DNA of 64,000 nt from Eledone cirrhosa. Taxonomy: Eukaryota. The notes below the pieces were generated by a model. The model was given only the letters and a program-made list of their open reading frames with translations. It had not been told where the DNA came from and did not search any database. The translations under genes were made by a program, and so were the position numbers. Below, in pieces: positions 50,701 through 62,385 of this stretch (positions are counted from its first letter, which is position 1; each line of letters starts with the position of its first letter). The DNA is taken from positions 326,678,001 to 326,742,000 of the forward strand of contig OZ024743.1 in NCBI GenBank assembly GCA_964016885.1, written 5' to 3'.

Positions 50701-53700
50701 CCTCTCAGGCATTATATTTCATCTGCCTGTCACCCACCTTGTGGATTGTCTCTGTTGACCACTGGCCACTGGTCTCTATCCTCTCAGGCATTATATTTCA
50801 TCTGCCTGTCACCCACCTTGTGGATTGTCTCTGTTGACCACTGGCCACTGGTCTCTGCCCTCTCAGGCATTATATTTCATCTGCCTGTCACCCACCTTGT
50901 GGATTGTCTCTGTTGACCACTGGCCACTGGTCTCTATCCTCTCAGGCATTATATTTCATCTGCCTGTCACCCACCTTGTGGATTGTCTCTGTTGACCACT
51001 GGCCACTGGTCTCTGCCCTCTCAGGCATTATATTTCATCTGCCTGTCACCCACCTTGTGGATTGTCTCTGTTGACCACTGGCCACTGGTCTCTGCCCTCT
51101 CAGGCATTATATTTCATCTGCCTGTCACCCACCTTGTGGATTGTCTCTGTTGACCACTGGCCACTGGTCTCTGCCCTCTCAGGCATTATATTTCATCTGC
51201 CTGTCACCCACCTTGTGGATTGTCTCTGTTGACCACTGGCCACTGGTCTCTGCCCTCTCAGGCATTATATTTCATCTGCCTGTCACCCACCTTGTGGATT
51301 GTCTCTGTTGACCACTGGCCACTGGTCTGTCCTCTCAGGCATTATATTTCATCTGCCTGTCACCCACCTTGTGGATTGTCTCTGTTGACCACTGGCCACT
51401 GGTCTCTATCCTCTCAGGCATTATATTTCATCTGCCTGTCACCCACCTTGTGGATTGTCTCTGTTGACCACTGGCCACTGGTCTCTGCCCTCTCAGGCAT
51501 TATATTTCATCTGCCTGTCACCCACCTTGTGGATTGTCTCTGTTGACCACTGGCCACTGGTCTCTATCCTCTCAGGCATTATATTTCATCTGCCTGTCAC
51601 CCACCTTGTGGATTGTCTCTGTTGACCACTGGCCACTGGTCTCTGCCCTCTCAGGCATTATATTTCATCTGCCTGTCACCCACCTTGTGGATTGTCTCTG
51701 TTGACCACTGGCCACTGGTCTCTGCCCTCTCAGGCATTATATTTCATCTGCCTGTCACCCACCTTGTGGATTGTCTCTGTTGACCACTGGCCACTGGTCT
51801 CTGCCCTCTCAGGCATTATATTTCATCTGCCTGTCACCCACCTTGTGGATTGTCTCTGTTGACCACTGGCCACTGGTCTCTATCCTCTCAGGCATTATAT
51901 TTCATCTGCCTGTCACCCACCTTGTGGATTGTCTCTGTTGACCACTGGCCACTGGTCTCTGCCCTCTCAGGCATTATATTTCATGTCACCCACCTTGTGG
52001 ATTGTCTCTGTTGACCACTGGCCACTGGTCTCTGCCCTCTCAGGCATTATATTTCATGTCACCCACCTTGTGGATTGTCTCTGTTGACCACTGGCCACTG
52101 GTCTCTGCCCTCTCAGGCATTATATTTCATCTGCCTGTCACCCACCTTGTGGATTGTCTCTGTTGACCACTGGCCACTGGTCTCTATCCTCTCAGGCATT
52201 ATATTTCATCTGCCTGTCACCCACCTTGTGGATTGTCTCTGTTGACCACTGGCCACTGGTCTCTGCCCTCTCAGGCATTATATTTCATCTGCCTGTCACC
52301 CACCTTGTGGATTGTCTCTGTTGACCACTGGCCACTGGTCTCTATCCTCTCAGGCATTATATTTCATCTGCCTGTCACCCACCTTGTGGATTGTCTCTGT
52401 TGACCACTGGCCACTGGTCTCTGCCCTCTCAGGCATTATATTTCATCTGCCTGTCACCCACCTTGTGGATTGTCTCTGTTGACCACTGGCCACTGGTCTC
52501 TGCCCTCTCAGGCATTATATTTCATCTGCCTGTCACCCACCTTGTGGATTGTCTCTGTTGACCACTGGCCACTGGTCTCTGCCCTCTCAGGCATTATATT
52601 TCATCTGCCTGTCACCCACCTTGTGGATTGTCTCTGTTGACCACTGGCCACTGGTCTCTATCCTCTCAGGCATTATATTTCATCTGCCTGTCACCCACCT
52701 TGTGGATTGTCTCTGTTGACCACTGGCCACTGGTCTCTGCCCTCTCAGGCATTATATTTCATGTCACCCACCTTGTGGATTGTCTCTGTTGACCACTGGC
52801 CACTGGTCTCTGCCCTCTCAGGCATTATATTTCATCTGCCTGTCACCCACCTTGTGGATTGTCTCTGTTGACCACTGGCCACTGGTCTCTGCCCTCTCAG
52901 GCATTATATTTCATCTGCCTGTCACCCACCTTGTGGATTGTCTCTGTTGACCACTGGCCACTGGTCTCTATCCTCTCAGGCATTATATTTCATCTGCCTG
53001 TCACCCACCTTGTGGATTGTCTCTGTTGACCACTGGCCACTGGTCTCTGCCCTCTCAGGCATTATATTTCATCTGCCTGTCACCCACCTTGTGGATTGTC
53101 TCTGTTGACCACTGGCCACTGGTCTCTGCCCTCTCAGGCATTATATTTCATCTGCCTGTCACCCACCTTGTGGATTGTCTCTGTTGACCACTGGCCACTG
53201 GTCTCTATCCTCTCAGGCATTATATTTCATCTGCCTGTCACCCACCTTGTGGATTGTCTCTGTTGACCACTGGCCACTGGTCTCTGCCCTCTCAGGCATT
53301 ATATTTCATCTGCCTGTCACCCACCTTGTGGATTGTCTCTGTTGACCACTGGCCACTGGTCTCTATCCTCTCAGGCATTATATTTCATCTGCCTGTCACC
53401 CACCTTGTGGATTGTCTCTGTTGACCACTGGCCACTGGTCTCTGCCCTCTCAGGCATTATATTTCATCTGCCTGTCACCCACCTTGTGGATTGTCTCTGT
53501 TGACCACTGGCCACTGGTCTCTGCCCTCTCAGGCATTATATTTCATCTGCCTGTCACCCACCTTGTGGATTGTCTCTGTTGACCACTGGCCACTGGTCTC
53601 TATCCTCTCAGGCATTATATTTCATCTGCCTGTCACCCACCTTGTGGATTGTCTCTGTTGACCACTGGCCACTGGTCTCTGCCCTCTCAGGCATTATATT

Positions 53701-56700
53701 TCATGTCACCCACCTTGTGGATTGTCTCTGTTGACCACTGGCCACTGGTCTCTGCCCTCTCAGGCATTATATTTCATCTGCCTGTCACCCACCTTGTGGA
53801 TTGTCTCTGTTGACCACTGGCCACTGGTCTCTATCCTCTCAGGCATTATATTTCATCTGCCTGTCACCCACCTTGTGGATTGTCTCTGTTGACCACTGGC
53901 CACTGGTCTCTGCCCTCTCAGGCATTATATTTCATCTGCCTGTCACCCACCTTGTGGATTGTCTCTGTTGACCACTGGCCACTGGTCTCTATCCTCTCAG
54001 GCATTATATTTCATCTGCCTGTCACCCACCTTGTGGATTGTCTCTGTTGACCACTGGCCACTGGTCTCTGCCCTCTCAGGCATTATATTTCATCTGCCTG
54101 TCACCCACCTTGTGGATTGTCTCTGTTGACCACTGGCCACTGGTCTCTGCCCTCTCAGGCATTATATTTCATGTCACCCACCTTGTGGATTGTCTCTGTT
54201 GACCACTGGCCACTGGTCTCTGCCCTCTCAGGCATTATATTTCATCTGCCTGTCACCCACCTTGTGGATTGTCTCTGTTGACCACTGGCCACTGGTCTCT
54301 GCCCTCTCAGGCATTATATTTCATCTGCCTGTCACCCACCTTGTGGATTGTCTCTGTTGACCACTGGCCACTGGTCTCTATCCTCTCAGGCATTATATTT
54401 CATCTGCCTGTCACCCACCTTGTGGATTGTCTCTGTTGACCACTGGCCACTGGTCTCTGCCCTCTCAGGCATTATATTTCATCTGCCTGTCACCCACCTT
54501 GTGGATTGTCTCTGTTGACCACTGGCCACTGGTCTGTCCTCTCAGGCATTATATTTCATCTGCCTGTCACCCACCTTGTGGATTGTCTCTGTTGACCACT
54601 GGCCACTGGTCTCTGCCCTCTCAGGCATTATATTTCATCTGCCTGTCACCCACCTTGTGGATTGTCTCTGTTGACCACTGGCCACTGGTCTCTGTCCTCT
54701 CAGGCATTATATTTCATCTGCCTGTCACCCACCTTGTGGATTGTCTCTGTTGACCACTGGCCACTGGTCTCTGCCCTCTCAGGCATTATATTTCATCTGC
54801 CTGTCACCCACCTTGTGGATTGTCTCTGTTGACCACTGGCCACTGGTCTCTATCCTCTCAGGCATTATATTTCATCTGCCTGTCACCCACCTTGTGGATT
54901 GTCTCTGTTGACCACTGGCCACTGGTCTCTGTCCTCTCAGGCATTATATTTCATCTGCCTGTCACCCACCTTGTGGATTGTCTCTGTTGACCACTGGCCA
55001 CTGGTCTCTATCCTCTCAGGCATTATATTTCATCTGCCTGTCACCCACCTTGTGGATTGTCTCTGTTGACCACTGGCCACTGGTCTGTCCTCTCAGGCAT
55101 TATATTTCATCTGCCTGTCACCCACCTTGTGGATTGTCTCTGTTGACCACTGGCCACTGGTCTCTATCCTCTCAGGCATTATATTTCATCTGCCTGTCAC
55201 CCACCTTGTGGATTGTCTCTGTTGACCACTGGCCACTGGTCTCTGCCCTCTCAGGCATTATATTTCATCTGCCTGTCACCCACCTTGTGGATTGTCTCTG
55301 TTGACCACTGGCCACTGGTCTCTGCCCTCTCAGGCATTATATTTCATCTGCCTGTCACCCACCTTGTGGATTGTCTCTGTTGACCACTGGCCACTGGTCT
55401 GTCCTCTCAGGCATTATATTTCATCTGCCTGTCACCCACCTTGTGGATTGTCTCTGTTGACCACTGGCCACTGGTCTCTGCCCTCTCAGGCATTATATTT
55501 CATCTGCCTGTCACCCACCTTGTGGATTGTCTCTGTTGACCACTGGCCACTGGTCTCTGTCCTCTCAGGCATTATATTTCATCTGCCTGTCACCCACCTT
55601 GTGGATTGTCTCTGTTGACCACTGGCCACTGGTCTCTATCCTCTCAGGCATTATATTTCATCTGCCTGTCACCCACCTTGTGGATTGTCTCTGTTGACCA
55701 CTGGCCACTGGTCTCTATCCTCTCAGGCATTATATTTCATCTGCCTGTCACCCACCTTGTGGATTGTCTCTGTTGACCACTGGCCACTGGTCTCTGCCCT
55801 CTCAGGCATTATATTTCATCTGCCTGTCACCCACCTTGTGGATTGTCTCTGTTGACCACTGGCCACTGGTCTCTATCCTCTCAGGCATTATATTTCATCT
55901 GCCTGTCACCCACCTTGTGGATTGTCTCTGTTGACCACTGGCCACTGGTCTGTCCTCTCAGGCATTATATTTCATCTGCCTGTCACCCACCTTGTGGATT
56001 GTCTCTGTTGACCACTGGCCACTGGTCTCTGCCCTCTCAGGCATTATATTTCATCTGCCTGTCACCCACCTTGTGGATTGTCTCTGTTGACCACTGGCCA
56101 CTGGTCTCTGTCCTCTCAGGCATTATATTTCATCTGCCTGTCACCCACCTTGTGGATTGTCTCTGTTGACCACTGGCCACTGGTCTCTATCCTCTCAGGC
56201 ATTATATTTCATCTGCCTGTCACCCACCTTGTGGATTGTCTCTGTTGACCACTGGCCACTGGTCTCTGCCCTCTCAGGCATTATATTTCATCTGCCTGTC
56301 ACCCACCTTGTGGATTGTCTCTGTTGACCACTGGCCACTGGTCTCTATCCTCTCAGGCATTATATTTCATCTGCCTGTCACCCACCTTGTGGATTGTCTC
56401 TGTTGACCACTGGCCACTGGTCTGTCCTCTCAGGCATTATATTTCATCTGCCTGTCACCCACCTTGTGGATTGTCTCTGTTGACCACTGGCCACTGGTCT
56501 CTGCCCTCTCAGGCATTATATTTCATCTGCCTGTCACCCACCTTGTGGATTGTCTCTGTTGACCACTGGCCACTGGTCTCTATCCTCTCAGGCATTATAT
56601 TTCATCTGCCTGTCACCCACCTTGTGGATTGTCTCTGTTGACCACTGGCCACTGGTCTCTATCCTCTCAGGCATTATATTTCATCTGCCTGTCACCCACC

Positions 56701-57935
56701 TTGTGGATTGTCTCTGTTGACCACTGGCCACTGGTCTCTATCCTCTCAGGCATTATATTTCATCTGCCTGTCACCCACCTTGTGGATTGTCTCTGTTGAC
56801 CACTGGCCACTGGTCTCTATCCTCTCAGGCATTATATTTCATCTGCCTGTCACCCACCTTGTGGATTGTCTCTGTTGACCACTGGCCACTGGTCTCTGCC
56901 CTCTCAGGCATTATATTTCATCTGCCTGTCACCCACCTTGTGGATTGTCTCTGTTGACCACTGGCCACTGGTCTCTATCCTCTCAGGCATTATATTTCAT
57001 CTGCCTGTCACCCACCTTGTGGATTGTCTCTGTTGACCACTGGCCACTGGTCTGTCCTCTCAGGCATTATATTTCATCTGCCTGTCACCCACCTTGTGGA
57101 TTGTCTCTGTTGACCACTGGCCACTGGTCTCTGCCCTCTCAGGCATTATATTTCATCTGCCTGTCACCCACCTTGTGGATTGTCTCTGTTGACCACTGGC
57201 CACTGGTCTCTATCCTCTCAGGCATTATATTTCATCTGCCTGTCACCCACCTTGTGGATTGTCTCTGTTGACCACTGGCCACTGGTCTGTCCTCTCAGGC
57301 ATTATATTTCATCTGCCTGTCACCCACCTTGTGGATTGTCTCTGTTGACCACTGGCCACTGGTCTCTGCCCTCTCAGGCATTATATTTCATCTGCCTGTC
57401 ACCCACCTTGTGGATTGTCTCTGTTGACCACTGGCCACTGGTCTCTGCCCTCTCAGGCATTATATTTCATCTGCCTGTCACCCACCTTGTGGATTGTCTC
57501 TGTTGACCACTGGCCACTGGTCTCTGCCCTCTCAGGCATTATATTTCATCTGCCTGTCACCCACCTTGTGGATTGTCTCTGTTGACCACTGGCCACTGGT
57601 CTCTATCCTCTCAGGCATTATATTTCATCTGCCTGTCACCCACCTTGTGGATTGTCTCTGTTGACCACTGGCCACTGGTCTCTATCCTCTCAGGCATTAT
57701 ATTTCATCTGCCTGTCACCCACCTTGTGGATTGTCTCTGTTGACCACTGGCCACTGGTCTCTATCCTCTCAGGCATTATATTTCATCTGCCTGTCACCCA
57801 CCTTGTGGATTGTCTCTGTTGACCACTGGCCACTGGTCTCTATCCTCTCAGGCATTATATTTCATCTGCCTGTCACCCACCTTGTGGATTGTCTCTGTTG
57901 ACCACTGGCCACTGGTCTCTATCCTCTCAGGCATT
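41782..57935. repeat. 79-bp tandem array (minisatellite/satellite), about 200 visible units
   Basis: Unit TATATTTCATCTGCCTGTCACCCACCTTGTGGATTGTCTCTGTTGACCACTGGCCACTGGTCTCTATCCTCTCAGGCAT, with 77-bp and 73-bp deletion variants and AT/GC/GT variants. A partial unit lies left of the gap. Confidence 0.98.
41805..42004. other. Assembly gap (200 N) inside the satellite
   Basis: N run with satellite sequence on both sides. Confidence 0.99.
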
Positions 57936-59194
57936 TTTGCCCATCGCTGTCTTTGAAAACATTTAACTGTTTTAACAGCTGTTCTAGTGATGAGTTTTCT
58001 CATTTTTATATGTAAGTAATCATCATCATCATCATTTTTACATCCGCTTTCCACGCTTGCATGGGTTGATCTATTATACTATTTCATATTTAATTACAAT
58101 TATAGTTAGAATTTGAGAACACATGAAGACAATATTTGATTGATTTTACATTCATACATAAAGATGTATGTATGTATGTATGTATATTTGTTAAGTAACA
58201 TCATCACAACGTGTTTTACTATAGGAAGTAACATGAACTGCAAGAAAACAATTAGGCTCTGAAAATGGAGAAAGTTTGATGTTTTACATTTATAATTCAT
58301 GGATTTTTAAATTTGATCATTATATTTTATTTTTTGTTTGAGTATTTTAAGATAACACAAATCATAATTACTGAAAAATTTTTGGAATACTTTTAAATAT
58401 ACATGTAATCAGAATCTTTATAATTTTAAAATTAATTCCTTTTTAAAAGATCAAATAAACATATGTCCTCTCAGGTGGGTTGAGGGTCTCTCTTCTATGT
58501 GGACACCCTTTACTTTACAGGGAGTTAGGGCCTCTGGGCAGTCATAAGTAATTTCCAGTTGTGTAGATCAGTTCGTTTGAGTATCAGGAACAGAGTTATA
58601 TTTCACTGGAGGGTTTAGATTGTGTTCCTAGGAAACATGATTCTTATGTATTTCTATATGTTGAATCCAATGTTTTCCAAATTTCTCTGTCATCCATGGT
58701 TTTCTTGCTTCCAAGCATAATAATGGTCAATTACCAAAACCAATTAATCTGCTAAAAGAGCTGACACCAATTAATCAGCAAAATGACCAACACTGATTAT
58801 CTGCCAATTAATCAATGCAACCCTAGTGTATAGATCACACCACTCCATGGGTGTTAATAAACAAGAAAAATAGTCCTTTGCTTTCTAATTTTCAGAGTTA
58901 AGAAGTATTTCATTACACTTACAAGTGTTATTACTGTTGACAATTTCAGTCCAAACAACTTCCAACCAACCAAATAGGAAGGTTTGTGATCTAGTTGAGA
59001 ATTTATTCTTTTAAGATACCTCCAGTTTTATTTATTTATTACAGCATAATGAACACATTATTTTTATCCTCTTCTTTTTTTTACTCCTCTTTGAAAGTTT
59101 GTTTTTCTCTTTCCTTGAAATATTTCAAATAATCCACCAATGTTTTTGTTTTTTGTGATCTCAGGAAAGAAAAATGATATTAACCAGTAAATAT

Positions 59195-59357
59195 CTAGCT
59201 ATTACAGGAACAACATCTGTTTTGGAAGCAAATAGCAGCTATGATGATAAGAATGAAAGCAACAGCCAGCACAGTTCCAGTAGCAAACATTTCTCCCATT
59301 GACAGACCATTTTGACCAGGTTGATGGATTTTGTCATTATCAAACATTGGAGTGTTG
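59195..59357 (-). CDS. SEA-like membrane protein, transmembrane/terminal coding exon
   Basis: Acceptor tttttccctttcTAG, phase 2 matches the previous exon. SNTPMFDNDKIHQPGQNGLSMGEMFATGTVLAVAFILIIIAAICFQNRCCSCNS* has a hydrophobic helix and a Cys-rich short tail. Confidence 0.8.
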
Positions 59358-59720
59358 CTAGAAAGGGAAAAAAAATCAGAGATAGAATGCATCAGACATT
59401 GAGGTGGAAAAAAACCAAAAGAGACAGAAACAAGTTTAAAATTTTCAATGAATTGTTATGCCAGAAAGTTTTTAGCATTGGTTAACGGTCGGACAAACTA
59501 GAGTTTCAAAAAACAAAGGCTTCAGTTAATGTCATAGAAAAGAAAAATATACTTTATAGTCTGTGCCTTCAACTTCTCTAAAAAGTTTTTTAAAATGGTT
59601 TGTCTGACCATTAACTAATGCTAAAAACTTTCTGGCATTCCGATACACTGACAAAAGTCTTTTAAGACTTAAAGTTTTGAATAAAACACTAGCTTTAATC
59701 TGTTTATACACATTGTTTAA

Positions 59721-59928
59721 CTCTTTAGCATTTAAACTGGCTGTATCCAGCCAGAATTCTCTCACCTCTTTCTGTTCAAACTGGTCGTAACTGGTCACTC
59801 ATACTGATGTTAAGGTATTGTTTTCAAAATATATAATATCAAAATCTCATAGATTCAATATTATGTGAGATAAAGCCTTTACCGTGAAAATTCAATAGTA
59901 AAAATAGAGTAATGTAAATGCTAAAGGG
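59721..59928. mobile_element. piggyBac-like MITE in an intron
   Basis: TTAA-CTCTTTAGCATTTA ... TAAATGCTAAAGGG-TTAA. Confidence 0.7.
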
Positions 59929-60306
59929 TTAAACATTTTTATAATATAGTCATAATGCTTTCAAAACTGCCTTGAAACTCAATTAATAAATTCAAACAGT
60001 TTATATAGTAGAACCAGGGGTGGTTTCAGGCAGGGTTAAAGAACATAATTGCTTCTACTTTTGGCACAAGGCCAGCAATTACCCAGTGTATTACTGGTAC
60101 TTTATTTTATCAACCCCGTAAGGATGAAAGGCAAAGTTAACCTCGGCGGGATTGGAACTCAGAATGGCAAGGGCCGTAACTCTAGGGTTAAAGAACATAA
60201 TACAGAACAGTTAATCTAAATATTAAAGATCTTGTCACAGTTACTTGATTTATAGGGATTAGCCAAACTTCAATATAACTTATTGATATAAGAATGTTAG
60301 ACTTAC

Positions 60307-60415
60307 CTGATGTATGTGGCTGTATGTCGTCTACCTGAGTGAGGTAGGACAATGGAGAAGTTACCTGCAAAAACAGCTTCATGGAGGACAGTATAAACAT
60401 ATTTACTGTCAGGAC
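60307..60415 (-). CDS. SEA-like membrane protein, internal exon (109 nt, phase 1 to 2)
   Basis: tttgtttgtttcAG|...ATCAG|GTAAGT. Open frame GPDSKYVYTVLHEAVFAGNFSIVLPHSGRRHTATYI, which is not the frame shown in the ORF track. Confidence 0.85.
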
Positions 60416-61277
60416 CTGAAACAAACAAAAAAATAAAACATGCCAGAAAACTTGTACTATTGTAAGTAGTAAATTCTTATTCTGTTATAAACAGGAAAGG
60501 AGAAAACTGCTGTGAGAACTAATCATCATCGTGATTGTTTAATGTCTGTTTTCCTGCTAGCAAGGGTGGATGTGTTGTCGTAGACCAATCAGTATACCAG
60601 CAAAGCCACTGACCTCCAGGTGAGCCAGCGGCATGCATCTCATTCGCTATCAATTGCTCCAATACACCGGGTGCCTGACATATGACCTCTTGCTCTACCC
60701 AGTGCATTTTATCATAGCACCAATATTAAGGGGGTTGTCGTGTCTTTGACACAGCTGAAGAGTCCTCCCGACTCTTTGACAGGTTTTCTATGGCTGCATA
60801 CTCTTCCTTTCACCAACAAATTTACACAGTGTACTGGGTGCATTTATCATGTAGATGATCAACACTAGGGAGGTTATCATGTCTATGGCACAACTGAAGA
60901 GCCTTCCCAACACTTTGTTCGGCACATCTTTAGATAAATATATATACTTTCCATATTTTTCATGAATGACACTGCCTATGATTTTCAAATCATTTTGAAA
61001 ATAATCAGGAATTTGAAGGAATTTAGTAAAATAACTTTCTCATTATTAAGCTGATGTCTAGAACATAACATACCATATTTTACATGAAATTATGGTGGAA
61101 GGTTGGTAGATAAATATAAATACTTTAAGACTAACAGCTGTATATTGTAAAACCAGGGATGGTTTCATGTGGTTTAGTATCAAAAGGGTTAATTCCATGT
61201 TGCTGAATTGGAGAAATTTTTATAATAATTGTTAATATTGATATTTCCCCAGTTCTATGTAGAAGAGTTTCACTTAC

Positions 61278-61499
61278 CACTCATGTTAGCACTTGGAGGG
61301 AGTAGTTGGAATGTAACAATGATAGAACCACGACGAACAAGAAAATTGACAAGCCGCCGTCTATCAAGGGGCTGAATCTCTATTATTTTGTTAATAATTA
61401 TTTTTGGTAAATTTGGGATTTGATCTGCCTTCAAAAGCTCGTGGTAATCCATATCCTCAAATATGACATTAAATAGATATGGTGAAGAATATGTTGAAT
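61278..61499 (-). CDS. SEA-like membrane protein, SEA-like domain exon (222 nt, phase 1 to 1)
   Basis: ttatttacAG|...G|GTAAGT. DSTYSSPYLFNVIFEDMDYHELLKAD...RRLVNFLVRRGSIIVTFQLLPPSANMS carries a GSIIV motif like the SEA G-SVVV motif. Confidence 0.85.
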
Positions 61500-61740
61500 C
61501 TGTAAATAATGACAAAAATAACAATCAAAACATTTGAAGGATGAGGATAAGACATTTATTTAATTTCCATAAGGATTTGAGGAAGATTATTAGTAGAGAG
61601 ATATCAAAGAGTTTGATACCAGTTTGATACCAGTAATATAATTTAATAGTGTGAGTATTTTGAATTAACAAAACATCAACCTAAATTTTAGAATATTTTT
61701 TTCTTCAGAAACAACGCCAGCCACTTCATGGTGTGAACAA

Positions 61741-62052
61741 GGTACATTTTACTGTGAAACAGCACTACTACTTTACCATGTGGGTTGGATAGATTTTATT
61801 GTGACACCAGCACTACAATGTTACAGAGTGAACTGAGTGTATTTTATCGTGATACCAGCACTACCACCTCACTTCCATTGTACTAAGTGTATTTTATTGT
61901 GGCACCAGCACTACTCCTTTATAGAGTGCACTAGGTGTATTTTATTGTGGTACCATCGTTTCCACTTTACAGGATGGACTGGGTGTGTTTTATCGTGGCA
62001 TCAGCACTACCACTTTACAGAGTGTACTGGATGTATTTTATCATGGCACCAA
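61741..62052. repeat. Degenerate ~48-bp tandem repeat (~6.5 units) in an intron
   Basis: Consensus about gtgtattttattgtggcaccagcactaccactttacagagtgtactgg. Confidence 0.85.
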
Positions 62053-62261
62053 ATATATAAGCAAGGATAGGCATGGATATGTAAGAGACATGTTAGTTAC
62101 AGGTTTGATGGCTTATAATGTTGGTCAAACCTAGCTACAGCCACTTCATTTCTCTCCAGCTGCCATATATCCTCTACATTTACCACCCATGTCTCACTGC
62201 CAAAATACAAAATAGCAAAAATATTGATTTGAGTAGGGAGAAAAAGTAACAACTGACTTAC

Positions 62262-62385
62262 CAGGTGGTTCACTAAAAACCTTTTTTGTACGTCTTGGTG
62301 GTTTAGTGACCGTTTCACGGTTAGCTTTAGTACACAAAACACTGAGAATCTTGGGGCAGACTACCACACCTTTATAGCCATGAAG
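62262..62385 (-). CDS. SEA-like membrane protein, internal exon (124 nt, phase 0 to 1)
   Basis: ttttctttctttcAG|...CCTG|GTAAGT. LHGYKGVVVCPKILSVLCTKANRETVTKPPRRTKKVFSEPP. Upstream exons were not found in the window. Confidence 0.8.

Noticed and set aside
41782-57935. CRISPR array or repeat-protein gene
   Set aside because: There are no unique spacers or cas genes and the context is eukaryotic. The 79-bp unit is not a multiple of 3, so long ORFs arise only where 79+77 units alternate.
42005-57935. Hammerhead ribozyme in the satellite monomer, as in newt or schistosome satellites
   Set aside because: The minus strand has CAGAUGA and CUGAGAG but no CUGANGA...GAAA...UH with supporting stems.
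58464-58475. 12-bp match (TGTCCTCTCAGG) to the satellite outside the array
   Set aside because: Too short, and the neighbouring sequence does not extend the match.
58460-58628. Extra minus-strand exon (EHNLNPPVKYNSVPDTQTN*) of the SEA-like gene
   Set aside because: The acceptor is weak and there is no phase-compatible donor before the TAG at 59195. It would need an indel or readthrough.
60188-60424. ORF-track translation MFQVLTVNMFIL...
   Set aside because: Wrong frame. Splice phases select GPDSKYVYTVLHE...
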